This document shows, piece by piece, positions 9,685-21,193 of a DNA stretch of 64,000 nt. A program made the position numbers and the translations under genes. Source of the stretch: Obrimoposthia wandeli (lineage: Eukaryota); contig CDROCS010000253.1 of the NCBI GenBank assembly GCA_977020255.1, forward strand, positions 4,588,001-4,652,000. Reading direction: 5' to 3'. How positions within the stretch are numbered: position 1 is the first letter of the stretch; each line of letters starts with the position of its first letter. Under the pieces are notes generated by a model. The model saw nothing but the letters and a program-made list of their open reading frames with translations. It made no database searches and was not told where the DNA came from.

Positions 9685-12600
9685 TTAATTTTGACTATTC
9701 ATGCTAACGGGTAAGTTCATATACATAGCTGTATCACCCGAAGTTCGAGCTAACAATTGTAAAAACTCATCGCCAGGTATGGGTCTTGAGAAGTAATAAC
9801 CTTGGCCATAATCACAGCCAGAATCAAGCAATAACTTCCTTTGTTCTTCTGTTTCAATACCTTCAGCTATTACTTTCAACCCTAACTTCTGAGCCATGGT
9901 GATAATGGCTTCAGACAAAATCATATCTTCCGATCCCGGAGCTAGGTTTTTTGTAAATGACTGATCTATTTTTAGGTAATCAAGCTCAAATTTTTTCAAA
10001 TACGATAGTGATGAATATCCTGTGCCAAAATCATCCATCGATAGTTCAATATCAGCAGCTCTAAACTGAGAGAGTCGCTTCATAGTGCTTGCATTATTAT
10101 CCATCAACAGACCTTCGGTTATTTCAATAACAATGTTTTCCCCTGGTAATTGATTTTCAGTTAGATAGGCTAACCAATCTAACTGGCCTATTGTTTCTCT
10201 GAATTGCACAGGTGATTTATTGACGCTAATTTGTATATCTAGACCAAGCTGTTCTTTACATTTTTTAATGTGTTGAACAGTTTGTTTAAAGACCCAATCA
10301 CCTATTTCTACTATTAATCCAGATTCCTCTGCCAGTGGAATAAATTCTGCAGGACTTACCATGCCTCTAACGGGATGTTTCCAGCGTAAAAGCGCTTCTG
10401 CTTTATGAATAATACCGGTCTGCAATTCAACAATGGGTTGATAAAACACCGCGAGTTGATTACAGCTAATTGCTTTACGTAAATCATTCATTAACTCTAA
10501 ATGATTTAGCGCTTGTTCCTGCATTGATGCGGTAAAGTAACAAAATCGATTACGTCCTAGGTTCTTGGCAAGATACATCGCTTGATCAGCATTTTTGAGT
10601 AGTTCCAACGTGGTGATAGCATCATTAGGATAGAGTGTGATCCCTAAACTAGCGGATATATAGGTAGGAATATCAGAAATATAAAAAGGCTTAGTTAAGG
10701 CATGTAATATTTTCTGACAAATAGTTTCAACATTACATGGGTCCGATAAATCAGACAAAATGATAGTAAATTCATCACCGCCTAGTCGAGCAACCGTATC
10801 TACTTCTCGTACACAATGTGAAATTCGTTTTCCTGCCTCAACAAGTAGTGCATCACCATAGTCATGCCCCTTACTGTCATTGATAATTTTAAAATTATCA
10901 AGGTCAAGAAAAACTAAAGCAAATTCTTGTTCCTTACGTTGAGATACCTTGATCTCTTGTTCCAATCTATCAATAAACATTCGTCGGTTGGGTAACTTAG
11001 TGAGGCTGTCATAATTAGCTTGCCTTAATATCAGTTCATCCGCTGCTTTCTTTTCTGTAATATCAGAAAACAAGGCAATACGTCTGAAGACGTTGCCAGC
11101 ATCATCATAAATAGTGTTAATTGAAATCCATTCGGGGTAATCAGTACCATCTTTTCTAGTATTTAAAATTTCACCCTGCCATCTTCCTGTTAGCTTTATT
11201 TCTTCCCACATTGATTGATAGAATTGTGGGCTTTGTTTACCAGAGCTAAATATTTTAGGATCTTTCCCCATTAGTTCATTTTTACTATAACCAGTAATAT
11301 CAGATAAAGCAGGATTAATCGCAATAATCTCATTATTAATATTGGTAATCATCATCGCTTCAAAACTATTTTTATACACCATATCAGCAAGTTTTAAATC
11401 GTCTTCCTGTTGACGTTTATTAGTTATATCTTTACTGATACCGATCAAACCAACAACTTCACCTCGTGTATTTTTCAATTTTACTTTTGTGACTTCAAGA
11501 ATGCATGATTTTTTATTTAAACGGGGAATTGTTTCATAGGAAATATGAGGAGAATTTTGTGCTAAAGCAGCGCTATCGGAATTTAAACAATTATGAGCGA
11601 CTTCATTTCCCAATAACTCGGCTAAATTAGAGGGATGAGTATTAAGCATGTCTTCTTCTTCTATTCCTGCTAAATTACAAAAGGTCTTATTAGCGAAATG
11701 GTAACGACCATCCGCCCCTGTAAACCAAATTCCTATGGGTGAATTATCAATAATAGCACGCAGTCTTGCGCTTATTTCTTCTTTATCAATCACTAGTTTT
11801 TGAAAGGATACAGCCATCTCATTAAATCCAAGGGCTATATTATTTAGCTCATCATGAGTATCAAGGGTTACGCGAGCAGCAAGATCCCCACCGTAAAACT
11901 TACTGGTAACTTGAATTAAAGAATTGATACTTTTCATTGTTGATAAATACAGCCCTATTATAAAATACAGTACAATAATAAATAATGTTGATGAAAGGCC
12001 TATACTCACGATTAATTGAGTATTTGTTCGTTTAACCCGGCTGTGCAGCAAACTACTTAGTGTAAAATAAAGTGAGTTATCTAAAAATTGATAGCCGATA
12101 TCAATAACGGAAGTAGATTGATTAAAAAGCGCGAGTGAATTTAAAGAAGTTGTCTCAGCTAAGTTTCCATCTAATGTTAATTTGATGTGCTGTTCAATGG
12201 TTTGAATGAGGATTTGAGCAGAAATACTTTCTCCATCCGAAATCAATCCTCTTTTAATCTTGTGTACATTTTCTTTAAATACCTCCAGAGGGACAATGCT
12301 ATTTGATAAGAGTGTTGTTATGGTTTGTTTATATTTTGTATCTTTATTAACTAACTGTGAAACACCAACAGCACGTGCTTGTCCGAGTAGTTCTAACGTG
12401 ATGGGTATTGTGAATAAAAAACTATTTGTTAAATAATATGAATCAAGATCATTCATTACCAGCAAGTAATAATAGTCAGCGACCCTAAGCTGTAAAGAAT
12501 TTAGATTCTGAATTAATTCGGTATGTAAATTAAAGCTTTCATCTAATTCTAAAGCCATTCCTTTCGTTTTTAAATATTTCCATTGGTCTTTAATAGTAGA

Positions 12601-12972
12601 CCATTTTTCAGTTTCCTTTAACGCTGAAGGTAATCCATTACTGACTTTTAAAAAGTTATCCTCAACCTTTTTATTAACGGATATCTGCTTCTTCGCACTA
12701 TCATTAACACCTGCAATAACAGCCGAAGAAATTCCTCTATGCTGTTGTAGTGATTGAATCAGTCTGGATGTTTTTTGTGTCTGATTTAAGCCTGCTAGCT
12801 GCTGATTAGCGGTACTGATCGATCCGGATAAATAAGTGATTAGAGAAATAGAAACAATCAATAACGCAAGCAGTGAAAGTCCTCCAATGACTATAAACTT
12901 GCGAAAGTAACTCAAATTGTTCATTAAATTTATAGCGGGGGTAAATAATTTTTTCACCAGTGTACCTTGCAA
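9685..12972 (-). CDS. Membrane sensor-HAMP-PAS-PAS-GGDEF-EAL c-di-GMP protein
   Basis: Two TM segments around a NIT-like sensor, HAMP, two PAS domains, RLGGDEF, EALLRW and DDFGTGYSS motifs. Start uncertain. Confidence 0.93.
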   Translation of the reverse strand: MQGTLVKKLFTPAINLMNNLSYFRKFIVIGGLSLLALLIVSISLITYLSGSISTANQQLAGLNQTQKTSRLIQSLQQHRGISSAVIAGVNDSAKKQISVNKKVEDNFLKVSNGLPSALKETEKWSTIKDQWKYLKTKGMALELDESFNLHTELIQNLNSLQLRVADYYYLLVMNDLDSYYLTNSFLFTIPITLELLGQARAVGVSQLVNKDTKYKQTITTLLSNSIVPLEVFKENVHKIKRGLISDGESISAQILIQTIEQHIKLTLDGNLAETTSLNSLALFNQSTSVIDIGYQFLDNSLYFTLSSLLHSRVKRTNTQLIVSIGLSSTLFIIVLYFIIGLYLSTMKSINSLIQVTSKFYGGDLAARVTLDTHDELNNIALGFNEMAVSFQKLVIDKEEISARLRAIIDNSPIGIWFTGADGRYHFANKTFCNLAGIEEEDMLNTHPSNLAELLGNEVAHNCLNSDSAALAQNSPHISYETIPRLNKKSCILEVTKVKLKNTRGEVVGLIGISKDITNKRQQEDDLKLADMVYKNSFEAMMITNINNEIIAINPALSDITGYSKNELMGKDPKIFSSGKQSPQFYQSMWEEIKLTGRWQGEILNTRKDGTDYPEWISINTIYDDAGNVFRRIALFSDITEKKAADELILRQANYDSLTKLPNRRMFIDRLEQEIKVSQRKEQEFALVFLDLDNFKIINDSKGHDYGDALLVEAGKRISHCVREVDTVARLGGDEFTIILSDLSDPCNVETICQKILHALTKPFYISDIPTYISASLGITLYPNDAITTLELLKNADQAMYLAKNLGRNRFCYFTASMQEQALNHLELMNDLRKAISCNQLAVFYQPIVELQTGIIHKAEALLRWKHPVRGMVSPAEFIPLAEESGLIVEIGDWVFKQTVQHIKKCKEQLGLDIQISVNKSPVQFRETIGQLDWLAYLTENQLPGENIVIEITEGLLMDNNASTMKRLSQFRAADIELSMDDFGTGYSSLSYLKKFELDYLKIDQSFTKNLAPGSEDMILSEAIITMAQKLGLKVIAEGIETEEQRKLLLDSGCDYGQGYYFSRPIPGDEFLQLLARTSGDTAMYMNLPVSMNSQN

Positions 12973-13565
12973 AATTTATAAGCGTCTCAAGCAGCATATT
13001 ATACCTATTCATTTTCAAATAGCATGCTTTAGTCTTTTGAAAAAAATCAATTTACTTATCCTATAAATAACTTTATTACAGCAAAAACTGGCTATTTTTA
13101 TAATTTTTAGCCTTTACCTTCCAAAACCACCCCATGGATTTTAAATGCATAATAATTTGTTAGATGCACTTGCCTGAGCGATCTGTAGTTGCTCAGTAAA
13201 TATTGCTCATTCAAAGTGTAACTAGCAATATCTTGTAAGGTAGTTTGCGCTAAAGATCAGGCAAACATCATTTGAACAATTTGAATAAAAAACAAGCTCA
13301 ATCTACCTTGAATTTTTAAAAAAATCTGAGTAGAAAATAACCTTATCGATAGATAATAATAAATAAAATCAGTAAATATCCGGTATTTTTATCCATATTT
13401 ATATGTTATTAAATTTTATTTTTTTTAATAAATTAACGTATTTTTCTTAAGTTTGTGCTAGGTTTACTAGAATAAAGTTAATTATTTATTAACTTTAATT
13501 TATATATGTACCAAATGGATGAGGAAATATATAGCGTCCCATCATTAATAAAGGTATAAGTTTAT

Positions 13566-15590
13566 ATGATCAAATTTAAAAAAATTAATCACAAACTTGT
13601 TTTTACATTTTTATCTCTTTCTTTAACCCCACTCATTATTTTTGCCTTTATCAGTATCAATATGGCAAGTGACTCCATTCAATCACAAGCATTTAGTCAG
13701 TTAGAATCTGTACGTTCGATTAAAAAAGCGCAAATTTCTAACTATATTTCTTCATTAAAAGCCAGCTTGCAGGTATTGAATAATGATCCCTATGCCTCAG
13801 AAGCTTTCGATGCCTTTGATCAAGCAATGACTTCGGATGGCTTAGATAGTGGGTCATGGCGTCAAGCTGAAACTAAATATGCTGCTCGCTTTAAAGAAGT
13901 TAATGACGTTAATGCTTGGTACGATCTCTTTTTTATCAATTTACAAGGTGACATTGTATATAGTGCTGCAAAAGAGTCTGATTTAGGCGTTAATATTCCT
14001 CAATCTTCTCTTAATCAAACCAGTATCGGGGATGCATTTAACAAAGCACAACAAAATGGTTTAACTGAAATATCAGTCAGTGATTTTAAGCCATACCCAC
14101 CTTCCAATAATGAACCTGCTGCGTTTATGATGACAAAGCTCATTAATTCGAATGGCACTAAAATAGGTTATGTTGCTTTACAATTTCCTTTAAATAAAGT
14201 CAATAAAATCATGCAACAGCGTGATGGCATGGGCGAAACAGGAGAAACTTACTTAGTAGGTGAAGATAAGAGAATGCGTTCAGACTCTTACTTAGACCCG
14301 ACAGGACATTCAGTTATTGCTTCTTTTGCGGGTGATATTCGTAATAATGGCGTGAATACCGATGCGGTAAGCGCTGCCTTTAATGGCGAAACAGCAAGCC
14401 GTATTATTATTGATTATAACGGCAACAGCGTACTTTCTTCGTTTAGCACCTTAGACTTAGGAGATTTTAAATGGGCGCTTATTGCTGAAATTGACGAAGC
14501 AGAAGCTTTTGAAACAGCCAATAAATTAATTAATTTATCAACAGGCATTGTCGCTGCGGTATCAGTGATTATAAGCTTTATAGCTATTTTGATTGCTAAA
14601 AATATTAGCGGCCCTATCGTACAAGCAGTATCAGTAGCACAACGTGTATCTTCAGGTGATTTAACGGCAAAGATAACCGTTAATCAAAGTGATGAGTTAG
14701 GATTATTACAACAAGCTATGCAAGAAATGGTAGCTAAGTTGAGAAATATGATTGAACATATTTCTAGTTCAGCCGATCAGCAAGCGATTGCTTCCCAAGA
14801 ACTTTCCAGCATTACAGAGCTAACCAATACCAATGTAGCTCGACAACATCAAGCAACAGAGCAAGTTGCTACTGCAATAAATGAAATGAGTATGTCGATT
14901 GATGAAGTGACAAAAAACACTTCTGAGGCTTCAGATGCCGCCGATACATCAACAAAACTAGTAAATATTAGTGCTATCGCAGTCAATGAAACGATAGCAC
15001 AAATTCTACAATTATCAGATGATATCAGTAAATCTAAAGCCTTAATTGATGACGTTCAAGCAGGTACAAAAGACATAGCGAATATTTTAGTCACCATTAA
15101 AGGCATTGCCGACCAAACAAACTTACTCGCATTAAATGCAGCAATAGAGGCAGCCAGAGCAGGAGAACAAGGCCGAGGTTTTGCTGTTGTAGCTGATGAG
15201 GTAAGAAATCTAGCACAAAACACCCAAAATTCGACGGTAGAAATAGAAAAAATGATTAAGTCATTAGAAATAAATGTCAGTGCTGCAACAGAATCAATGA
15301 TTGCAGGTACAGAGCAAGCTCAGCTAATCGTTGATAAAACAAATGAAGTAACACACTCATTAACAGAGGTTCAATCATCGGTATCAATGATCTCTGACAT
15401 GAACATTCAAATTTCTACCGCCACACAACAACAAAGTACCGTTGCGCGCGATATAAACCAGCAAGCAACAGAAATAAGTAACATTTCAATTGAAACCGGT
15501 GAAAGTACTAAGGAAATTTCTTCTGCGAGTGACGAATTAGCCGCTTTAGCAGTAGAGCTTACAGACCAAGTCAAATCGTTTAAAGTCTAA
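13566..15590 (+). CDS. Methyl-accepting chemotaxis protein with Cache-type periplasmic domain
   Basis: TM-periplasmic domain-TM-HAMP; signalling hairpin [31 protein letters not shown]. Confidence 0.96.
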   Translation: MIKFKKINHKLVFTFLSLSLTPLIIFAFISINMASDSIQSQAFSQLESVRSIKKAQISNYISSLKASLQVLNNDPYASEAFDAFDQAMTSDGLDSGSWRQAETKYAARFKEVNDVNAWYDLFFINLQGDIVYSAAKESDLGVNIPQSSLNQTSIGDAFNKAQQNGLTEISVSDFKPYPPSNNEPAAFMMTKLINSNGTKIGYVALQFPLNKVNKIMQQRDGMGETGETYLVGEDKRMRSDSYLDPTGHSVIASFAGDIRNNGVNTDAVSAAFNGETASRIIIDYNGNSVLSSFSTLDLGDFKWALIAEIDEAEAFETANKLINLSTGIVAAVSVIISFIAILIAKNISGPIVQAVSVAQRVSSGDLTAKITVNQSDELGLLQQAMQEMVAKLRNMIEHISSSADQQAIASQELSSITELTNTNVARQHQATEQVATAINEMSMSIDEVTKNTSEASDAADTSTKLVNISAIAVNETIAQILQLSDDISKSKALIDDVQAGTKDIANILVTIKGIADQTNLLALNAAIEAARAGEQGRGFAVVADEVRNLAQNTQNSTVEIEKMIKSLEINVSAATESMIAGTEQAQLIVDKTNEVTHSLTEVQSSVSMISDMNIQISTATQQQSTVARDINQQATEISNISIETGESTKEISSASDELAALAVELTDQVKSFKV

Positions 15591-15654
15591 CTTGTTATGT
15601 TCAATAGTGATATTTTGGCAAAGCGTGATGATCAGTAAGATCGAATTAACGCAC

Positions 15655-15692
15655 AAAAAAGCCCTCGCGACTCTAGTCTGCTAGGGCTTTTT
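15655..15692. terminator. Bidirectional intrinsic terminator
   Basis: AAAAAAGCCCT...AGGGCTTTTT between the convergent MCP and RND genes. Confidence 0.75.
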
Positions 15693-15776
15693 ACTTTACT
15701 TATTATTTGCTTATTACTTACTGATAATTTAGTGAGTAAGACACTAAGGTAAACTTATCTCAAGAGGATACTTCCA

Positions 15777-18700
15777 TTACCTTTGTTGCTCAGCTTTTTC
15801 AATCACATTGGCAATCGCTTGCGGCGATCCCGTATTACGGCATAACCAATAATATGCACCTGGTACAATAAACAAGGTAAATATACTCGCTAATGAAACG
15901 CCGGCAAAAATAACGACACCGATAACCATGCGACTTTCTGCGCCAGGACCAACAGCTAACACTAAAGGAATCGCACTCGTTACCGTAGTAAATGTAGTCA
16001 TTACAATAGGACGTAATCTTTGCTGCGCGGCACTAATGAGTGCCTCTTCAAAAGCAATACCTTTGTCACGTAACTGGTTAGCAAACTCAACAATTAAAAT
16101 ACCATTTTTTGCTGCTAAACCAATTAGCATGACAATACCAATTTGACTATAGATATTTAAACTCATCCCCATCAATTCAAGACCGGCCAGCGCACCAACT
16201 AGCGCCAGTGGTACGGTTAGTAATATAACGAAAGGATGAATAAAACTTTCAAACTGCGCAGCTAACACCAAGTAAGTAATTAGCAGTGCCAGTAAGAAGA
16301 CAAACAAAATAGAGTTTCCTGACTCTTGTAGTAATAACGATTCGCCTTTATAGTCAATTTGCACATGCTCAGGTAGCTTGTTTTTAGTAACATCAACAAG
16401 AAAATTTAACGCATCACCTAAGGCATAACCATCAGCTAAGTTTGCTGTCACCGTGATGCTACGTAAGCGATTATAACGGTTGAGCCTCGACGAGGTGGCA
16501 TTCTCACCAATATTAAGTAAGTTAGCTAATGGAATTAGTTTTTCCGTTGTGCGAGAACGTACATAAAGATTATCGATATCAGTCGGGCTTTGAAATTGTT
16601 TTTCATCACCTTCAACAATTACATCATACTCTTCACCACGATCAACAAAAGTAGTAACACGGCGCTGCCCTAACATAGTTTCTAAGGTTTGAGCTATGTC
16701 ACCTACTGGCACACCTAAATCATAGGCACGTTCACGGTCTATTTGCACTAATAACTGAGGATAGGTTTCTTTATAATCACTATTAATATTTGATAGATTA
16801 GGGTTCTTTTGCGCTTCCGTGATCAAAATATCACGCCATTGAGCTAGCTCTGCAAAGGTATTCCCTTGTAAAACAAAAGAAACAGGTGCATTACTACCGC
16901 CACCGCCGCCAATGCCACGACGCATTATGGCAAAGGCACGAACATCGGTAACGCTCTGTACATCACGGTTTATTTTGTTAATAAAACTAAAAGTATCAAT
17001 ACTACGTTTATCCCACTCAGGTAAGCCAACAATGGCAATACCACCGCTGCCACCAAAGCCAGGTACACGTACTAACACACGATCTAATTCCCCCTCTTCT
17101 TGGTAACTTAAAAGTTTCTCTTCAATTTTATGCATATTTTTAACGTTACTTTCATAACTAGCTCCCTCGGCGCCTTGCATTATTAAGAAGAAATTACCGC
17201 GATCTTCCTTTGGTGTATATTCAGAAGGTAATTTATTAAACAATAAAAATACTGCCGCTAACGATAAGCCCAATACAAGGACAATTAACATAGGTTGATG
17301 AATACTACTTGCTAATGCACGGCCATAAGCGGCTTCAAAGCGAGCAAAAGCGCGATCAAGCTTTTGTCCAAAGGAAGAACTTCGCTCTCTATGCTTTAGC
17401 ATTTTTGAACACATCATCGGCGTAAGTGATAAAGCTGTCAGGCTTGAAAAAACGACAGCGGCGGCGATAGCAATGGCAAATTCGGTAAATAAACGTCCCA
17501 TATTGCCAGAGAGAAAGACCAATGGGACAAATACAGCAACCAATACTAGCGTGGTTGCAACAACGGCAAAAGCGACTTCCCTGCCCCCTTCATAGGCAGC
17601 CATGAGTGGCGCTTGACCATTTTCGATACGACGATAAATATTTTCTAATACCACAATGGCATCGTCAACGACTAGACCAATAGCCAATACTAAAGCGAGT
17701 AGTGTTAATAGATTGATAGAGAAGCCAAACCAAGATAACGCCATCATTGAACCAATTAAGGCGACAGGTACCGTAACGGCAGGAATTAGGGTCGCGCGAA
17801 CATTACCTAGGAATAAAAAGATAACTAAGACCACCATTAACATTGCGATAATTAAGGTGTTATAGACTTCATCGATAGAACCTTGAATAAACACAGAACT
17901 ATCATAACTATTGGTGATCGTTGTTCCCACAGGGAGAGAGTCACGAATAGCGATCATTTCTTTCCTAGCGGTTTTCACCACATCCAAGGTATTGGCTTTT
18001 GATTGTTTAATGACACCCAAACCCACCATATTTTTACCATTACCGCGGAACATGTTTTCATCGTCTTGCGCACCAATAAAGACTTCAGCAACATCGCCTA
18101 ATCGCACTACTGACTTACTCTCAGAGTGATTAATGACCATATTGGCAAAGTCTTGCGCTGTTAAATAGCTACGCTCAACGCGAATAGAGAAATCTCTGTC
18201 GATTGATTCTATACGTCCTGCAGGTAGTTCAACATTCTCGTCACGTAAGGTACTTTCAATATCTTGTACGGTAATATCACGCGCAGCCATAGAAGCACGA
18301 TTCAAGCGAATTTTCATGGCATAGGTACGACCACCACCAACGCGTACACGGGCAACACCATCCACCACGGCAAAACGGTCAACGATATAACGATTAGCAT
18401 AATCAGTAAGCGCTAACGTGCTCATGGTTTCACTTTGTAAAACGAACCAAACAATGACGCTTTCATCGTCATTAGCTTTAGACACTTCAGGAGGAGCAGA
18501 TTGCTCTGGTAGGTTGTTTAATGCACGAGAGATGCGATCGCGTACATCATTTGTGGCCGCATCAATATCGCGGTCTAAATTAAACTCAATGGTAATGCTT
18601 GAACGACCAACACGACTATTAGAGTTAATGGTTTTAACCCCCTCAATGCCGCTAATTCTATCTTCAAGTAATTGGGTGATTTTAGTTTCAACAATCGCTG

Positions 18701-18866
18701 CAGAAGCCCCTGGATAGGAAGTGCTGATATTAACAATCGGTGGATCAATGTCCGGATATTCCCGTAAGGGCAACATTAAAAACGCAACAATACCAAAAGT
18801 TATAATAAGTAAGTTTAATACGGTAGCAAAAACAGGTCTTTTAACCGATAGATCAGAAAGAATCAC
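15777..18866 (-). CDS. RND efflux transporter permease (AcrB/AcrD/AcrF family)
   Basis: 1029 aa; RPVFA start, proton-relay motifs VDDAIVVLEN and KNGILIVEF, RLRPIVMT. Confidence 0.96.
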   Translation of the reverse strand: MILSDLSVKRPVFATVLNLLIITFGIVAFLMLPLREYPDIDPPIVNISTSYPGASAAIVETKITQLLEDRISGIEGVKTINSNSRVGRSSITIEFNLDRDIDAATNDVRDRISRALNNLPEQSAPPEVSKANDDESVIVWFVLQSETMSTLALTDYANRYIVDRFAVVDGVARVRVGGGRTYAMKIRLNRASMAARDITVQDIESTLRDENVELPAGRIESIDRDFSIRVERSYLTAQDFANMVINHSESKSVVRLGDVAEVFIGAQDDENMFRGNGKNMVGLGVIKQSKANTLDVVKTARKEMIAIRDSLPVGTTITNSYDSSVFIQGSIDEVYNTLIIAMLMVVLVIFLFLGNVRATLIPAVTVPVALIGSMMALSWFGFSINLLTLLALVLAIGLVVDDAIVVLENIYRRIENGQAPLMAAYEGGREVAFAVVATTLVLVAVFVPLVFLSGNMGRLFTEFAIAIAAAVVFSSLTALSLTPMMCSKMLKHRERSSSFGQKLDRAFARFEAAYGRALASSIHQPMLIVLVLGLSLAAVFLLFNKLPSEYTPKEDRGNFFLIMQGAEGASYESNVKNMHKIEEKLLSYQEEGELDRVLVRVPGFGGSGGIAIVGLPEWDKRSIDTFSFINKINRDVQSVTDVRAFAIMRRGIGGGGGSNAPVSFVLQGNTFAELAQWRDILITEAQKNPNLSNINSDYKETYPQLLVQIDRERAYDLGVPVGDIAQTLETMLGQRRVTTFVDRGEEYDVIVEGDEKQFQSPTDIDNLYVRSRTTEKLIPLANLLNIGENATSSRLNRYNRLRSITVTANLADGYALGDALNFLVDVTKNKLPEHVQIDYKGESLLLQESGNSILFVFLLALLITYLVLAAQFESFIHPFVILLTVPLALVGALAGLELMGMSLNIYSQIGIVMLIGLAAKNGILIVEFANQLRDKGIAFEEALISAAQQRLRPIVMTTFTTVTSAIPLVLAVGPGAESRMVIGVVIFAGVSLASIFTLFIVPGAYYWLCRNTGSPQAIANVIEKAEQQR

Positions 18867-20044
18867 TAGGTTTTGCTCCCGTTTTCAGCGGGTGCATTAT
18901 TAGTCTTTTCGTTAGCTGACTTAATACCCTTATCGTTTATCTCAGCTTCTACCTCAGCGACTTGACCAATGATACTAACTGCTGAGCCATCTCGAAGCTT
19001 AAGTGCACCTTCAACAACCACATGTTCACCTTCAACTAAACCTGATAAGACCTCTACTAAACCAGGATGACGTCGGCCAATTTTTATCGCTTTTCGTACC
19101 GCTTTCCCTTCACTTTCAACAAAGACATAGTGAATATTTTCAATAGGAATGATACTGCTTTCAGGTAATTGCAATATATTCTCTACTTGTAATAACACGC
19201 TAATATTAAGTAACATGCCAGGATGAAGTTTTAATGCTTTATTACTGATAGTGGCGCGAACTTTAATACTTCGCGTACTTGAATCAATTCGACTATCAAT
19301 GGCAGTAATTTTACCAGTAAACTCTTTATCTCGATAAGCACTATTCACCGCACTAACTTGTTGCCCTACATGTATATGAGTTAGTAAACGCTCAGGCAAA
19401 TGAAAATCTACCTTAATAAGACTCAAGTCATCTAAACTAGTAATAGCATCACCAGCATCAATATAAGCACCTTTACTCACCTCACGAAAACCCAATATGC
19501 CAGTAAATGGCGCACGAATAGTTAAATCATTTAATTTAGCGCGCGCACTCACAAGTTGTGCTTCAATTGCCTTAGTTTTTGCTTCTTGCTGCTCGACTAA
19601 AGACTTAGAGGTTGCTCTACTGGACAGTAACTCAGTTAAACGCTTTAAATGCGCTTGTGATTCTGACAAATTGGCTTTTAATTCATTAACCTTTGCTAGC
19701 TCTTGTTGATTATTCAACTTAACCAACATGGCGCCTTTTTTAACTCTCTGTCCATCATCAAAAAATATTTCGTCAACAATATCTGAATATTTACTGGTAA
19801 TAACAACTTGTTCATTGGCTCTTGCTGTACCCACCGCTTCCACGCTTTCAATGAATTCGGCAAGTACTACCGGAACCATTTTCACCGCAACAACACGCTT
19901 AAATTTACTTTTTTCTTGCTTAGCTTCTGGCCATTGCAAATAAGTGATTAAGGCCGCTAGGATGACAACGATAATAAATAGGGGTAAACGGCTGATAAAA
20001 GTTGAAGTACTTGCAGGCGCTGTAGACACAGACTTATTGGACAT
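18866..20044 (-). CDS. RND periplasmic adaptor (membrane fusion protein)
   Basis: N-terminal TM anchor, lipoyl/hairpin architecture, IRAPFTG and GLVEGEHVVVEG; stop overlaps the permease start. Confidence 0.95.
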   Translation of the reverse strand: MSNKSVSTAPASTSTFISRLPLFIIVVILAALITYLQWPEAKQEKSKFKRVVAVKMVPVVLAEFIESVEAVGTARANEQVVITSKYSDIVDEIFFDDGQRVKKGAMLVKLNNQQELAKVNELKANLSESQAHLKRLTELLSSRATSKSLVEQQEAKTKAIEAQLVSARAKLNDLTIRAPFTGILGFREVSKGAYIDAGDAITSLDDLSLIKVDFHLPERLLTHIHVGQQVSAVNSAYRDKEFTGKITAIDSRIDSSTRSIKVRATISNKALKLHPGMLLNISVLLQVENILQLPESSIIPIENIHYVFVESEGKAVRKAIKIGRRHPGLVEVLSGLVEGEHVVVEGALKLRDGSAVSIIGQVAEVEAEINDKGIKSANEKTNNAPAENGSKT

Positions 20045-20207
20045 AAAATTCTCTAGTAGCGTTATAGTGTGATGAAATCATTCATGGTGTCGTATATTTA
20101 CGCAAAAATACTATAACCTATAGTCTACTTAATAGCATTTACCTAGGCAGCAACTTAGCTTAAAATATTAACCACTTAACGCAAATTAACGCAAAAGAGA
20201 TAACCCC

Positions 20208-21047
20208 TTGAACAAATTAGCCGTACTAGCCTTTGCCTTACTATTATTTTTTAGCACCATGTCATGGTATCTCGCCAATAGCTCTTTAAATGATTACCTC
20301 AAAAGCCAAGTTGTGTTGCAAAGTCATTACTATAGTGCTCAAGAAGCAAAATTACTCAGTGCTAACTTTTCAGACAATACTGGCATCACCCACTTTACTG
20401 ATTTTTCTCTGAGTAATATTGATGGCTTAACGCAGCCCTTACTCTTTAAAATCGATAACATTAGCGCACAACTGGCAGAAGTACCGACCCAACAGCTTGA
20501 TTCGCCCAGCATACAGAAAAAAACAACCACTATTGTTCACGTTAAAGAACTACGTTTTAGCAACTTGCAGGCTTGGTCTGAAGTCACTCAAACAGGTGAA
20601 ACTAATTTAGCAGTACTGCTTAATCAAATTAATACTCAGCTGGCAACCGATTACCCCGCTTTATACCCGCAAATAAGTGCGGGTCTATATGCAAAACAGT
20701 ATCCTGAACGAAGTGAAAAATTAGCTTTAGAAGCATTAGACAGTAATCCAAATGTACCAGAAGTTGAAACCAATCAAGCGATAATCGCCTCCAATGAAGC
20801 TAAGCAGAAAAAACGCTTGTTAGGTAAGGCGCTAACACGGGTAAAAATAAGCTCTGTAATTATTGAAGACTTGACTCTAACCGTCATTAAAGAGAATAAA
20901 ATATTAACCAAGCACTTTAGCAATATAAAGTTAGGCAGTTTTGGTAATGAGAATGGTCTAGAGAGTAATCAGTTGGGTGGCGAGCTACTTAAACAAATTC
21001 TTTATAACTTAATCAGTATAGAAAACGCTGACGCCATGAAAAAATAA
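20208..21047 (+). CDS. Membrane-anchored hypothetical protein (possibly AsmA-like)
   Basis: 279-aa ORF with an N-terminal hydrophobic helix and beta-rich segments; the family guess is weak. Confidence 0.7.
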   Translation: MNKLAVLAFALLLFFSTMSWYLANSSLNDYLKSQVVLQSHYYSAQEAKLLSANFSDNTGITHFTDFSLSNIDGLTQPLLFKIDNISAQLAEVPTQQLDSPSIQKKTTTIVHVKELRFSNLQAWSEVTQTGETNLAVLLNQINTQLATDYPALYPQISAGLYAKQYPERSEKLALEALDSNPNVPEVETNQAIIASNEAKQKKRLLGKALTRVKISSVIIEDLTLTVIKENKILTKHFSNIKLGSFGNENGLESNQLGGELLKQILYNLISIENADAMKK

Positions 21048-21112
21048 GCGAGTTAGAATAAGCAGTTTTAATAAATCATGTACAGAGTTTATATAATTTA
21101 CTAAAAATTCAT

Positions 21113-21138
21113 TAAAGTTCACTCTCTGCTGCCGATAT
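21113..21138 (+). promoter_or_regulatory. Probable sigma-28 (FliA) promoter
   Basis: TAAAGTTC-N10-GCCGATAT upstream of the Aer-like gene; consensus is TAAAGTTT-N11-GCCGATAA, so spacing is 1 nt short. Confidence 0.55.
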
Positions 21139-21193
21139 AGATCAAAACACTGATTTTTTATCACTGTTATTATTAATCTAACCACTTTAAGTT

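Noticed and set aside
13255-13300. c-di-GMP-I riboswitch (GGCAAAC seen)
   Set aside because: The GAAA tetraloop stem, ACGCAAA junction and second stem are absent; kept only as an unexplained structure.
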